Source: a virus
Lineage: Duplodnaviria > Caudoviricetes
Strand: one strand, 5' to 3'
Virus record (IMG/VR): IMGVR_UViG_3300012983_000039
Span: 27,306 to 91,305 of that record
Length of the DNA: 64,000 nucleotides
In this document: piece after piece, positions 19,982 through 30,700 of the stretch
Numbering within the stretch: the first letter of the stretch is position 1
How the letters are laid out: every line of letters begins with the position of its first letter
The notes under the pieces: model-generated
The model's database searches: none
The model's input: only the letters and a program-made list of their open reading frames with translations
Told to the model about the DNA's origin: nothing
Position numbers and translations under genes: made by a program

Positions 19982-22900
19982 TTATATATCCTCCTCTACA
20001 TAATAAGTTATATTACTTATATTAGTTTGTGCCGCCGACCCAGCATTTTCTGTTGTTTCATTAGGAGCAATTCGTAAATTTAATTCGTCTAAAAAGTCTT
20101 GAATTGGTATCCAAGTTATTTCATTATATAAAGTAGCTGAAGAAGTTCCGGCATTTTCATATTTAGAACTCATTAATCCAATATAACCATTTTCTAAAAC
20201 TGTTTTAATTAATCCTTCTTCTCTTAAAAAACTTTTTACTTTTGTCTCACTTATTTTCCCATCTTCGATTTTTTCAGAATGTTGATAAACTGTTCTACCA
20301 GAATAACCTTTTACCTCGTTTTCAACTTTCTTTCCACCTATGTCGTGATAGTGAGTAATAAGCCCCAAATTTGAAACCGTTTGAATAACTTCATCGATAC
20401 GATCTTCTACATATTCTTTAATATTAAGATTACCTATTGTAATTCCATTTTTATTTAAGGTAATTGTATTATTATCTTCTTCTATTGAAATTTCATCTGA
20501 AAAATTTGATAGAGTATTATCTTCCTCTTTATCTCCTAGTTCTTTTACCTTACCGCCTATATACAAACTACCATCATCTAAAATTGAGAATAAATTCATA
20601 TATTGATTGTTCTCTAATTTTACACAACTAAACAGTCGTTCAGTATTAACCTTATCAGTTCCTTTATTCTTTTTATTATTAATAAAGATACCAATATTTT
20701 CTGTTTCAGTAGTCAATGTTTCTTCTGAACCTTCTATTTTTTCTGTATAATATATGATCGATGGTCCGGCGGCGCTCACATATAAAGTTTCGTGTATAGT
20801 AGATACAGGAAGAGTTTTAAACTTTTCATTATATAAATGAACATTAATAAAATAACTTAATTCATTTATAGTATTAAGGTCTTTATCAGTAAGAAGTTCA
20901 AAATCTTTTTCCTCTAAAGTTTGAGAAAGAGCTATTGGGCGAATGCCTTGACCAGTTTCATAAAGTTTATTATTATTTGTGTTATAAACATATTGTTTAT
21001 CTAAATATTCTAAATAGGAATTTTCGCCTAAGAATGTTTGCTTAAAAATAAATTGATAAGTGATGCCTAAATAATAGTAATCACCTAGATAATAATATTC
21101 TGAAAATTCTTTTAAATTTGAAATTTCAATATAATCTTCTTCTGTTTTATAGAAATTTATACCACTATAATTTAAAAGCTCTTCTTGTGGATTATCAGCT
21201 AAAATTATTTTTTCAATAGCTTCGTATAACGTTTCGTTATCTTCTGTTTTATATAAATAAAGTAAATTATCTCCTAAAATTGAAACTAAAGGATAACAGC
21301 TACGTTGGGTTGTTTTAACTTTAGGCTTTTGATATTTATTAGGATTATAAATTTTACTTTGTAATTTATCAGCTACAAACATTTCACCGCCCAATGATAA
21401 ACGAGCCGCATATCTAGAGTTTGTTGTTTCAGTTTTAAAAATTGGCTGTCCTTTATCATCGTAAAGAAAGAAACCTATGGAATTTTCTTTGGTTATATCT
21501 TGTTCTTTACTAAAATCACCTTGTGCTGCCGCCTCAGCATTATAACTATATCCAGCTCTTAATCTTAATTTTTTATCTTCAACTAATGATAAACCATATT
21601 TATTAAATTTAACAAAATCTCCAAATTGTTCTTTATTTTCATCTGTCGCTTGCGGCGAGCGATAAGCTGTAATACCAGAATTATCCCACAAGAAATAAAC
21701 ATATTTTCCATCTATAATCTGTATTTTATTAGTATCAAGAGTGCCGGCATTAATATAAGTAGCATTAATTCCTTTTGGAGATACTCCAGTATCCCAAGTT
21801 TGTCCACCATTATTTGAGAAAAATAAACCCTGACCATTAAGCTTATATTTACAATTGTGGTTATTTATGTCGCTACCAGATTGTCCATTATAATCTATTT
21901 TTAAATTATCCTCTTTAGTTTCTAATAAAATTAGTTGATTATCCAATAAACTATTTTGAAGAGAATTAGTTGTGATATTTTTTGTAGCTGTAAAATTATT
22001 AGAACGCTTATATGTGTTCTCATTCATTGTAATAGATTGAACTGTAGCATTTATTTTTTCAAATAATTCTTCAAAATCAGATTTATAATTCTGAACTTTT
22101 ATTGATGTTTGATTTTGTACATCTAAATGCTCAGTTATTTCTACAACCATTACTTTAATTTTATTAGGTAAACCATTAATTTTATTTATTCCTAATAAAT
22201 CTTCGTCTTCAATAAAAGAAGTATCGCACAAATCCATTGAGTAATCGTCATCTAATATAGATAAATCTGTTATGGTTATATTATAACTAGCTTTCGGTTT
22301 AGAGCTTTCTTTTTCGGCGGCTAATGCCCCATGATAGTAAGCATTTCCATTTAAATAATTACTATCAACCCAAGTTCCTTCCTTTAAAAAAGGTTCGTAT
22401 TTTTTAAAGAAAGTTAAGGATAATTTATTAATCGCATTAAGATATTTTACCTTTTCTTTTGTCCATTTTTGAATTTGTTTATATTGTTCTGAGTAAAGTC
22501 CCATTAGTCCATAGTTAGTGTATTTATAATTATCTAAAAATTCTTTTTTATATTCAGAGAAAGTAGTTCCTTCAAGTTCTTTTAAAAAGTCCTCCGCTGT
22601 TCCACTTGTTGTAATAGGTTCTCCAGTTAAGAAAGAATTGTAGAAGCCATTAGTGAAAAAAGTCTTTTCAATTAATCCAAACAAAATATTTTTTTGCTCA
22701 CTGAACTTTATTTCATAAGAAGAATAAACTTCACTTTTTTCTTCATTCTCTTTGGGCATAAATTTTAACATTAAATTTTTTATTCGATTAAGCTCTTGTT
22801 GAGCTACCTCAATTCCCGTTAAATTAACTTCTATATTTGCAGATAACTCTATCAACGACTCTTTTTGTAGATTAATTATTTTATTAGATAGTATATCATA

Positions 22901-25633
22901 TTGTGTATTATAGTAGCCCATTTTCTTTAGATAACTCATATCATCACTATTTATACCATATAAATCAGCATTTACCTTGTCTTTATCTAATAATCCTTTT
23001 AAGATATAGTAGGAAAAATCAATTATATAATTATCTTTTGATGGGTTGTCCGCCGCAACCTTAATTGAACAAAGTCCATTTTCAGATAATTCACTGTCTA
23101 CATCTTCCACATATAGTTTTGTTATAATTTGTTTACTATCTAAAGTTCTCTGAATGTTTTTAAGGTTCTTACCATATCTAAAGCCGAGTTTATTTTCTTT
23201 ACCTTTTTCTGTTTGAAAATAAAGTGTTTTTGGCTTTTTTCCGCTATCAGCTTTAATTTTACCATTAGGATAATGTTCAATAAAAAAAGCTGGAAAAACT
23301 TCAAATACATTACTAATTTCTTGAATTAGATTAAAGCGATTTGATTTCTCGCCTTGTAAAGTCCTAATTTTTCTACAATGTTTTTGAGTTTCAAAACGAT
23401 AAGGGCAGTATCCATATTTTTGATAGATACATATTTTATCTGTGCCGCCATATGAACAATCTTTCTCAGCTTGGTCTTTATAGAATTTACATTTATTTAA
23501 ATCAAGGTAGTCTGTTAATATTTTATAGTCATCATCTGTATATTTTTCAGGGTCTAATCCATTTTTTTCATATTCGTTATTTAAATAAGATTTTAAACCA
23601 AAAGTATCTTGCGCCGCCCCATCATATTGAATTTGTTGTCTAAAGTATTTTGTATATGTGTAAGTCTCTCCTAATGTAATATCTGTTTCATCAAGAAATT
23701 CATTTATATTAGTTTCTTTATAATAAAAATTAGCACCTGCGGTCCAAGTATTTATATCAAAAAGAATATCTCTACCACTATATTTAAAGAAACCTTTAGA
23801 AAAATAATCTTTTCCTTTAGTGTAGCCTTCAAAGAACTGTGCGGAAGTTAAATTAAATATGGTTTCTTTTTCAGTTATTATGCCAAAATATGGATTAGAT
23901 ATAGTTAATTGGGTTTTAATAAAGTAATATTTGTTGAGTTCTATTTCAATTTTAATTCTTTTATTTTTATCAATAAAATAATCTCCGTTTGAAGTATATC
24001 CACCTTCGCCAATTACTATTTTAATATTCTTTAAATCTGTATCAATATATTCTCCATCTATATAAAGAACATATGTTTGTTCTTCTTTTATTTCTTTTTC
24101 TTGTCCTATTATTCCGAAATTTAAAAAAGTATGGTAATCTTCATTTTCTTCTTTAGTTTTATAGCTAGAATTAAATAAAAGTCCTTTTGTTGAGTTAGTA
24201 TTTTCTTCTATTTTAACTTCAATTAAACTAGAAATATCCCCAATCTTATTGCTAATTTTCATAACTTCCCAACCTGTAGTTTCTGAAATATTAGTTCCGT
24301 TTTGAAGTAAGTTTCTAGCTAATTGAGGAGTTATAACCCTGCTTGTTTCATAAGAGCAAATACGAAATTTTTCGTCAGTATTTATCCAATCTTCCATATT
24401 GATAAGGTCTTTATAATCTTGGTCTGATTTATTATAAACTTTTACATATCTATCTATATCTTCTGAAATATTTATTTCAGTTCTATCACTAATAGAAAAG
24501 TTTTTTCCATAGCTTGCCGGCACATCGTTTATTTTACTTAAATAATCTGTATAATAAACAATTTTATTTCCATCGTTCTTAACTATTTTTTTATTATCTA
24601 TATCATAACATAAATCTGTTTTAACAAGTTTATTCCAATCTTCAACAGTCATCACATAAGAAAAATTTTTGTTTAAAATCAATTCTTCTTCATCTATTAA
24701 AACTTCTTCTCCTTTAGGAATTGCTATAAACTGAATTAAAGCTTTTGGATTATTTGTGTTAGGAGTTAAACAATAATAATTCTCATTCCACATTGCCGGC
24801 TCTTCTGTTGCGTTGGCGGCGCTACTACTTGATTTAACATAACATAAACTTAGATTATTATAAGGTACATAAATAAATCCATCTGTCTTGACTTCTTCTA
24901 AAATTTTATTTAAAGGTTCTCCATTATCAAAGTTTCCATTGTCCCAAAAATATTTTTCTTCTCTAGCTAAGTCATCTGAAATCTCCATAGGTCTTTCTTC
25001 TTTTGAATTTAAATTAATAATTTTATGAGAACTTTCTAATGTAAAATTAATTCTATACGCCTTTATTTCATGAAACTGACTAACTGGAATTTTATAAAGT
25101 TTTTCTTTAGTATATTCAGTATAATCTCCCCAGTTATTCTGAGGAGAATAAGTCCACATACTGTCTTTTAAGACTTCGTTGACAAAAACACCAATTTCTT
25201 CAACATTATTATATAATTCTGTATCGAAAGTAAGACCATAACCATTTCTGGAAAGCTCATCAATAAAAGCATCTTCACATTTATAAGTATAAATTATTCC
25301 ATGATGATTTTTTTGTTCTGTTATTTCTTTAACATAAAATTCAAACCATTTATCATTATAATTTAATTTAATTTTACTTTCATTAAAAATATAATCGCAA
25401 TATTCATTGTGAATATAATCGTTATCTATTTCACTAAAAAAGTTTGAATATAATTGGAAAGTCAAAGAATTAGTTCCATTCTTTTTTCGTATGAGCTGCG
25501 GCGCAATAGCTTTACCTTTATAGTCCATATCATGACCGCCAATTATATAGGTTTTAGTTTCTTTTTTATTTCTATTTAAATCTAATTCTTCTTTCCAAAT
25601 ACTTATTTCATATTTCTTTTTTATTAAAGCCAT
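19982..25633 (-). CDS. Large tail-tip / Tal-like minor structural protein
   Basis: 1883 aa after Dit; SNRFNLIQEISNVF, YGKNLKNIQRTLDS..IITKL, GINATYINAGTLDT motifs typical of siphophage tail tips. Confidence 0.75.
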   Translation of the reverse strand: MALIKKKYEISIWKEELDLNRNKKETKTYIIGGHDMDYKGKAIAPQLIRKKNGTNSLTFQLYSNFFSEIDNDYIHNEYCDYIFNESKIKLNYNDKWFEFYVKEITEQKNHHGIIYTYKCEDAFIDELSRNGYGLTFDTELYNNVEEIGVFVNEVLKDSMWTYSPQNNWGDYTEYTKEKLYKIPVSQFHEIKAYRINFTLESSHKIINLNSKEERPMEISDDLAREEKYFWDNGNFDNGEPLNKILEEVKTDGFIYVPYNNLSLCYVKSSSSAANATEEPAMWNENYYCLTPNTNNPKALIQFIAIPKGEEVLIDEEELILNKNFSYVMTVEDWNKLVKTDLCYDIDNKKIVKNDGNKIVYYTDYLSKINDVPASYGKNFSISDRTEINISEDIDRYVKVYNKSDQDYKDLINMEDWINTDEKFRICSYETSRVITPQLARNLLQNGTNISETTGWEVMKISNKIGDISSLIEVKIEENTNSTKGLLFNSSYKTKEENEDYHTFLNFGIIGQEKEIKEEQTYVLYIDGEYIDTDLKNIKIVIGEGGYTSNGDYFIDKNKRIKIEIELNKYYFIKTQLTISNPYFGIITEKETIFNLTSAQFFEGYTKGKDYFSKGFFKYSGRDILFDINTWTAGANFYYKETNINEFLDETDITLGETYTYTKYFRQQIQYDGAAQDTFGLKSYLNNEYEKNGLDPEKYTDDDYKILTDYLDLNKCKFYKDQAEKDCSYGGTDKICIYQKYGYCPYRFETQKHCRKIRTLQGEKSNRFNLIQEISNVFEVFPAFFIEHYPNGKIKADSGKKPKTLYFQTEKGKENKLGFRYGKNLKNIQRTLDSKQIITKLYVEDVDSELSENGLCSIKVAADNPSKDNYIIDFSYYILKGLLDKDKVNADLYGINSDDMSYLKKMGYYNTQYDILSNKIINLQKESLIELSANIEVNLTGIEVAQQELNRIKNLMLKFMPKENEEKSEVYSSYEIKFSEQKNILFGLIEKTFFTNGFYNSFLTGEPITTSGTAEDFLKELEGTTFSEYKKEFLDNYKYTNYGLMGLYSEQYKQIQKWTKEKVKYLNAINKLSLTFFKKYEPFLKEGTWVDSNYLNGNAYYHGALAAEKESSKPKASYNITITDLSILDDDYSMDLCDTSFIEDEDLLGINKINGLPNKIKVMVVEITEHLDVQNQTSIKVQNYKSDFEELFEKINATVQSITMNENTYKRSNNFTATKNITTNSLQNSLLDNQLILLETKEDNLKIDYNGQSGSDINNHNCKYKLNGQGLFFSNNGGQTWDTGVSPKGINATYINAGTLDTNKIQIIDGKYVYFLWDNSGITAYRSPQATDENKEQFGDFVKFNKYGLSLVEDKKLRLRAGYSYNAEAAAQGDFSKEQDITKENSIGFFLYDDKGQPIFKTETTNSRYAARLSLGGEMFVADKLQSKIYNPNKYQKPKVKTTQRSCYPLVSILGDNLLYLYKTEDNETLYEAIEKIILADNPQEELLNYSGINFYKTEEDYIEISNLKEFSEYYYLGDYYYLGITYQFIFKQTFLGENSYLEYLDKQYVYNTNNNKLYETGQGIRPIALSQTLEEKDFELLTDKDLNTINELSYFINVHLYNEKFKTLPVSTIHETLYVSAAGPSIIYYTEKIEGSEETLTTETENIGIFINNKKNKGTDKVNTERLFSCVKLENNQYMNLFSILDDGSLYIGGKVKELGDKEEDNTLSNFSDEISIEEDNNTITLNKNGITIGNLNIKEYVEDRIDEVIQTVSNLGLITHYHDIGGKKVENEVKGYSGRTVYQHSEKIEDGKISETKVKSFLREEGLIKTVLENGYIGLMSSKYENAGTSSATLYNEITWIPIQDFLDELNLRIAPNETTENAGSAAQTNISNITYYVEEDI

Positions 25634-25645
25634 TTGTTTACCTCC

Positions 25646-27691
25646 TTAATAGAATAAAGGATTGTATTCTATCTCTGCTTTATTTAAAATATCAGCATAC
25701 CCATAATATAAAGGAGGAAAGTTAGCCCAGATATAATTACAAGCGTAAAACCACCATTCTTTAATTTCTCCTTTTATATTATCTTTTCCTTTTTGAGCAT
25801 ACCAATATAATTGAATTGTTTTTAGAAATTTATACTCTTTTTGAATAGAAAGTTCTCTTAATAAATCATGGGCAAATTTATTATCCTTATATTTTTCGAG
25901 TTCACTATCATTTCTAAAGTTAAGTTCTTCTTCATCAAATTGTTCTTTCCCTAAATAATCCTGTGCCGCCCTACGATAAACTTTATCAAAAAGCTCTTTT
26001 ATTTCTTTGTCTTCTCCATATCCCCATTGAAAATCTCTAGCATCTAACCAAGTCTTGCCTCCCCAATCTTCATCATCACAAACTGGGATTATATCTATTA
26101 AAGACCAGCCAGTTGGAATTTTAAACCAATGCCCCTCTTCAATAGCCTCATTAAAGATATTTTTAGTTTTTTTAATAGGAAAAGTATTTTCGATTGTTTC
26201 ATTATATAAAATTCTTTTTTCTGTATCTAAAAATAAAACATTTTCCTTATTGTCTTTTAAATTTATTTTCAAGTAATCGTCTGTATACCAAATAGGCAAA
26301 CTATTTATATTAAAATTAATTTGAGGATATAATAGTTCAAAATTTTGTCTAAAAAACTCTGGAGGGTTATTAATATAATTATCTAAAAATTCTGAAAAAT
26401 CTTTTTCTTCAAAAACTATATTAGATTTATAATTAGACAAAAGCATTATCAGAGTTGTCCAATATAATTCATAGATTTCTCTATTTGTAGAACAATTATT
26501 GTAAAGTTCTTCATATCTGTTGGCTATATATTCTCCCTCTTCAATACAATAACTATTATCAATTAAAGAAGATTGGTAATAGAATAGACGAATGTAATCT
26601 CCTAGTTTTTCTCTAGGAATTGGTTCTGCTACGTAGGCAAAATCGGGATGTAAATCTTTTATTTCTTCATATTCTACTGTATTTATATCTTCTTCATTTT
26701 CATTAATTTTTATTTTTTTAAAATACTTATTACCATACTTAAAATTCTTATTATCTTCTAAGTTTTGAGTTTTCATAAAAGTATAATCTACTGCCATAGA
26801 TATCGGAAGTTGCTGAACATTATAGCGCCGAATACAGAACTTAGAACCTCTTTGTTTTAAAGCATTATCTATTTTTAATTTAAAATCAATTGGAATATCT
26901 CCCGGATTATAAACTAAAATTCTACTACCAATCATTCCATTTTCTTTTTCTACACCTATGTCCATATTTATATTATTAATTTTAGAATATTGAGGCATAT
27001 ATATTAAACCTTTTTTATTATCCAAAGTAGGAGAATACAGTAATCCACTACTTTCTGCCCATTCTGGAACATTATCAAAATAATTTCGAGTATCAGAAAG
27101 TTGTTTTTCTCCATTTAAATTAAAAAATAACTCTCCATCTTGGGCTTGTTTGAAAGATGGAAAACCGCCTTTCCAAACTTCACTATTATTATAATTTACA
27201 TTAAAGAATTTACGAACTCCATTTTCTTTATAATAGTCCGCCGCCTTAACTAAATATTTGTTAAAACAATAAGCATAGGGGAAATAACAAACAAAAGTTA
27301 AACTACCTTCTCCTTTATAAACTCTTTGTTTCAATTTTTCATCATAAAAACAAATCACTTTAAACTCTGGCTTGCTTTTTAATTTAGCTTTATAAACTTT
27401 ATAAGGCAGTTCATCAAAAATCAAGTCTTGTAATTTATCTGTAGAGAAAATCTGAGAAATTTTTCTCCAAATTTTTTCACTTACGCTATCAAAAGCTACT
27501 TCTATTTTAAAATCTCTAGGTTCAAAAGTTGAACCAAAATAAGCACTGCCATCACCGCCAGTTATAGAACTGGTATAATCTTTATGGGGCGGCACAACTT
27601 GTTTTTCATATCTATCACTTACGCTTATTACTTTTAAGTGTAAATCTTCTGAACTTACATTTCCAAAGCGAAAAGATAAAAAATCTTCCAT
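25646..27691 (-). CDS. Distal tail protein (Dit) with insertions
   Basis: FLSFRFGN.SSEDL, GGDGSAYFG, LIFDELPYKVY, F.CY.PYA, YNPGD; follows the TMP. Confidence 0.75.
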   Translation of the reverse strand: MEDFLSFRFGNVSSEDLHLKVISVSDRYEKQVVPPHKDYTSSITGGDGSAYFGSTFEPRDFKIEVAFDSVSEKIWRKISQIFSTDKLQDLIFDELPYKVYKAKLKSKPEFKVICFYDEKLKQRVYKGEGSLTFVCYFPYAYCFNKYLVKAADYYKENGVRKFFNVNYNNSEVWKGGFPSFKQAQDGELFFNLNGEKQLSDTRNYFDNVPEWAESSGLLYSPTLDNKKGLIYMPQYSKINNINMDIGVEKENGMIGSRILVYNPGDIPIDFKLKIDNALKQRGSKFCIRRYNVQQLPISMAVDYTFMKTQNLEDNKNFKYGNKYFKKIKINENEEDINTVEYEEIKDLHPDFAYVAEPIPREKLGDYIRLFYYQSSLIDNSYCIEEGEYIANRYEELYNNCSTNREIYELYWTTLIMLLSNYKSNIVFEEKDFSEFLDNYINNPPEFFRQNFELLYPQINFNINSLPIWYTDDYLKINLKDNKENVLFLDTEKRILYNETIENTFPIKKTKNIFNEAIEEGHWFKIPTGWSLIDIIPVCDDEDWGGKTWLDARDFQWGYGEDKEIKELFDKVYRRAAQDYLGKEQFDEEELNFRNDSELEKYKDNKFAHDLLRELSIQKEYKFLKTIQLYWYAQKGKDNIKGEIKEWWFYACNYIWANFPPLYYGYADILNKAEIEYNPLFY

Positions 27692-27705
27692 ATTCTCACC
27701 TCATA

Positions 27706-27739
27706 TAAAAAGAAGCATAGAGCTTTTTACTCTATGCTT
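27706..27739 (-). terminator. Terminator hairpin after the tape measure gene
   Basis: AAGCATAGAG/CTCTATGCTT stem. Confidence 0.7.
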
Positions 27740-27747
27740 TTCTTAAA

Positions 27748-30700
27748 TTAATTTAAAATAATTGTTCGACCTATTGATTTAGATACATCAACAATATCTT
27801 TCTTAACTCTTTCTACCATATTGTCTATATCATAATCCGATGTTATTTTGTCTACATTTATGTGAATTTCTATAGATGTATCTCCAATATTTGTCGACAT
27901 ATTTCCTTTATCAAAGTTAGATTTAAATATAGGTAAATTAGACAACAACTTTGCCGCCGCACCTATACGAGCCGTATCCTCAGAATTAAGGAAAGCTTCT
28001 GGTTTATTAGGCGTTCCATCTACCCAAGCTGGTCCAGTATAATCAACTAGTCCACCATTTTTATAGGCAATAAATTTATCTTGTTTTACATCTAGTAAAC
28101 GTAATGTATCCAAGCCCGGCTTAGCAATTTTAGCCTTTTTAAGTTTTTCAATTTCATCAAGAACTTGTTGATAAGTAGAATATTCTGATATACTACCATC
28201 ACTCCATATTATTCCGTGAGCAAATTTTGAACTATTACGCTCAGATACAGTTGAATTATCAACAGTTTCCTTTACATATCCGCCATAACTCTTATTTTTA
28301 CTTTTATAAGCCTCCAAAAAAGCTTGAGCAGCGTCTTTAGAACCAAAAGATTTTCCAATAGCTGATGGTTGAGAATTTGCTGTTTGAGCTATAAACACTT
28401 TATAAGCTTGTGTAAGAGATTTTCCCGCAATGGTAGCATCAACTAAATCTTTAGAAATTCCATAAGTCTTAGTTAAATCATTGGGGCTATATCCCATATC
28501 AAGCATTATCTTAATTGAGTTTTGCGCCGCCATAATAGTGCTTTCTTTAGCATATTCAACTAGCCTTTCTAAAGCAACGGCAGTAGCATCAGCGCTATTA
28601 ACTCTTGACTTAGCCAATTCTTTTTCTTTTTCTTGCCAGTCTTTATAAGCTTCATCTACTTCTTTTTCGCCTTCTCTTAATGCTTCAAGTGCTTCATCTC
28701 TACCTTCAAGGGCTTTTTCTATTAACTCATTAGCTTTTCTTTCGGCATCAGCTAAAATCTGTGTACCAGCGTTTTCAGCATTATTAACAAGTTCATTATA
28801 GATTTGTTCAGTAGCATTTGCCAAGTCTTGTTGATTAAAGGTAAAATTAGTTTGTTGTAAGCCCATATAATTAATTAAGTCATTATATTGATTTTTCAAA
28901 TCATCAATATATTTTTGACTTTGAGCAGAAGTCATATCCTGTGCGGCTGGGTCATTTTGTGTGTACCAATTCTTCATATCCTCAAAGGAAGTCCAAGAGG
29001 ACATAATATTTTCTGCCCATTTAGCGAAATACTGAGTTTGTTCAGAAACTTCTTCCATATATTCAATTTCCGCATCTCTAGCTTCCTTTTGTTTTTCATA
29101 AAGTTCCTTTAATGAATCAATTATTGAGTCAACTTCTTCATCTAAGATTTCTGTGCGACTTTCTTCTACTTCTTTTTCTAAAGATTGGATATCTTTTCTT
29201 CTACTACCAGAAGTATCTCTTTGTAATAAAGCAAGTTTCTTTTCTTTTGTAGCAAGCTCTTCATAACTTTTTTCTCTATCTCTTAATTCTCTTTGTTTTT
29301 CAATTGCCGCCTCAAGAGCATCAAGATATCTATTATCTTCTTCTTCTAAAGCGTCATACTTATCTTTCGTAATATCAATTTCTTCTTCTGCTTTTTCTTT
29401 TAATATATCAATTAATCCATTTTGAACGGCAATAAAGTTATCAAGATTTTCTTTATAAAATTCTTCTCTTTCTTTTTCAATTTCTTTTATTTCTTTTAAA
29501 TTCTCTTGTTTCTTTTTTCTATATTCTTCATATAATCCATATTCTGTTTCAAAAGCTTTTCTTATTTCATCATTTCTAGCCATTTCTTGATAAGCAAAGT
29601 TTATTGTAGCTAATCCATTTTCATCGAAAGAAATATAATTGCCATAGCTTTGTTCCAGAGTGTTTCTAATATTTAGTAAAGCTGAGTCTAAAACTTTGTT
29701 TTCTGCCGAGATATGTGCTGTTTTATTTTGATAAGAGGTATTAAGAGAACTAAATAATTGTTTAGAAGATGAAATAGTTTCAATTTCTTCTAACTGTTCT
29801 TTAGTTTGTTCCAACTGGTTGTTTAAGTTTTCTAAGCGAGCTGTATAGTTGATTAACCTATCTAAACCACTTGTGAAATCATCTGAACCATATTGAGCTT
29901 CGTGAAGTTCTTTTTCCGCTTCTTTTAATTTTTTGTTTAAATCTTCAAGTTCTTCTTTTGCTTTTTCGTATTTATCTTTTGCTTTATCAACATCATCTAC
30001 TATATCTTCTGTTGTATCTTTAATTTCCTCTAGTGCGGCGGCAATAGCATTAATATCAAGAAGTTCTTCTTTGCCTAAACTTTCTCTAGCAAATTCTGTG
30101 GCGGCAATAGTATTAGTAATTTGTAATTCTAATTCTTTTAGTTCAACTCTATATTGATTAAGTTCTTTGTTTTGTTCTTCATTTAACGATTTTTCGGCTT
30201 GTAAACGTTCAATGTTTTCTTTTAAAACTACTGTTCGAGCTTTATCATTTTTAAGACGCTCTTCATTCATTTTAATTTGTTCTCTAAAGGCTTCGCCGCC
30301 TACAGCCATTGAATCGAAATAAGCTTCAAGTATCTTTCCACTATCTAACTGTATACCGTCAATTCCATATTTTATTGCGTCTTCAAAACCTTTTTCTAAT
30401 AAAAAGTTAATTGACTCAGAAGATATAAAGCCTTTTTCTATTTGTTCTTCGTAAGCTCCAATAATATCTTTCCAATTTTCACTGGCGTCTTTTCGTAATT
30501 CAGCTAAGTCTGTAGAAAGTTGTTTTATACCTACTGTAGAGGTAATAGCTAAATTACTTCCATAGCCGGCAACAGTATTAATAAAGTCTTTCCAAATTTG
30601 TTCTGCTTGTTCTGTAGTATGACTAATTTCTTCCATCGAATCAATATACTGTTCTTTAAATTTCTTTAAAGACAATACATCTAAATTCTCAAGATTAATT

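Noticed and set aside
19982-27691. Diversity-generating retroelement target/template
   Set aside because: No reverse transcriptase and no adenine-variant repeat pair noticed in the window
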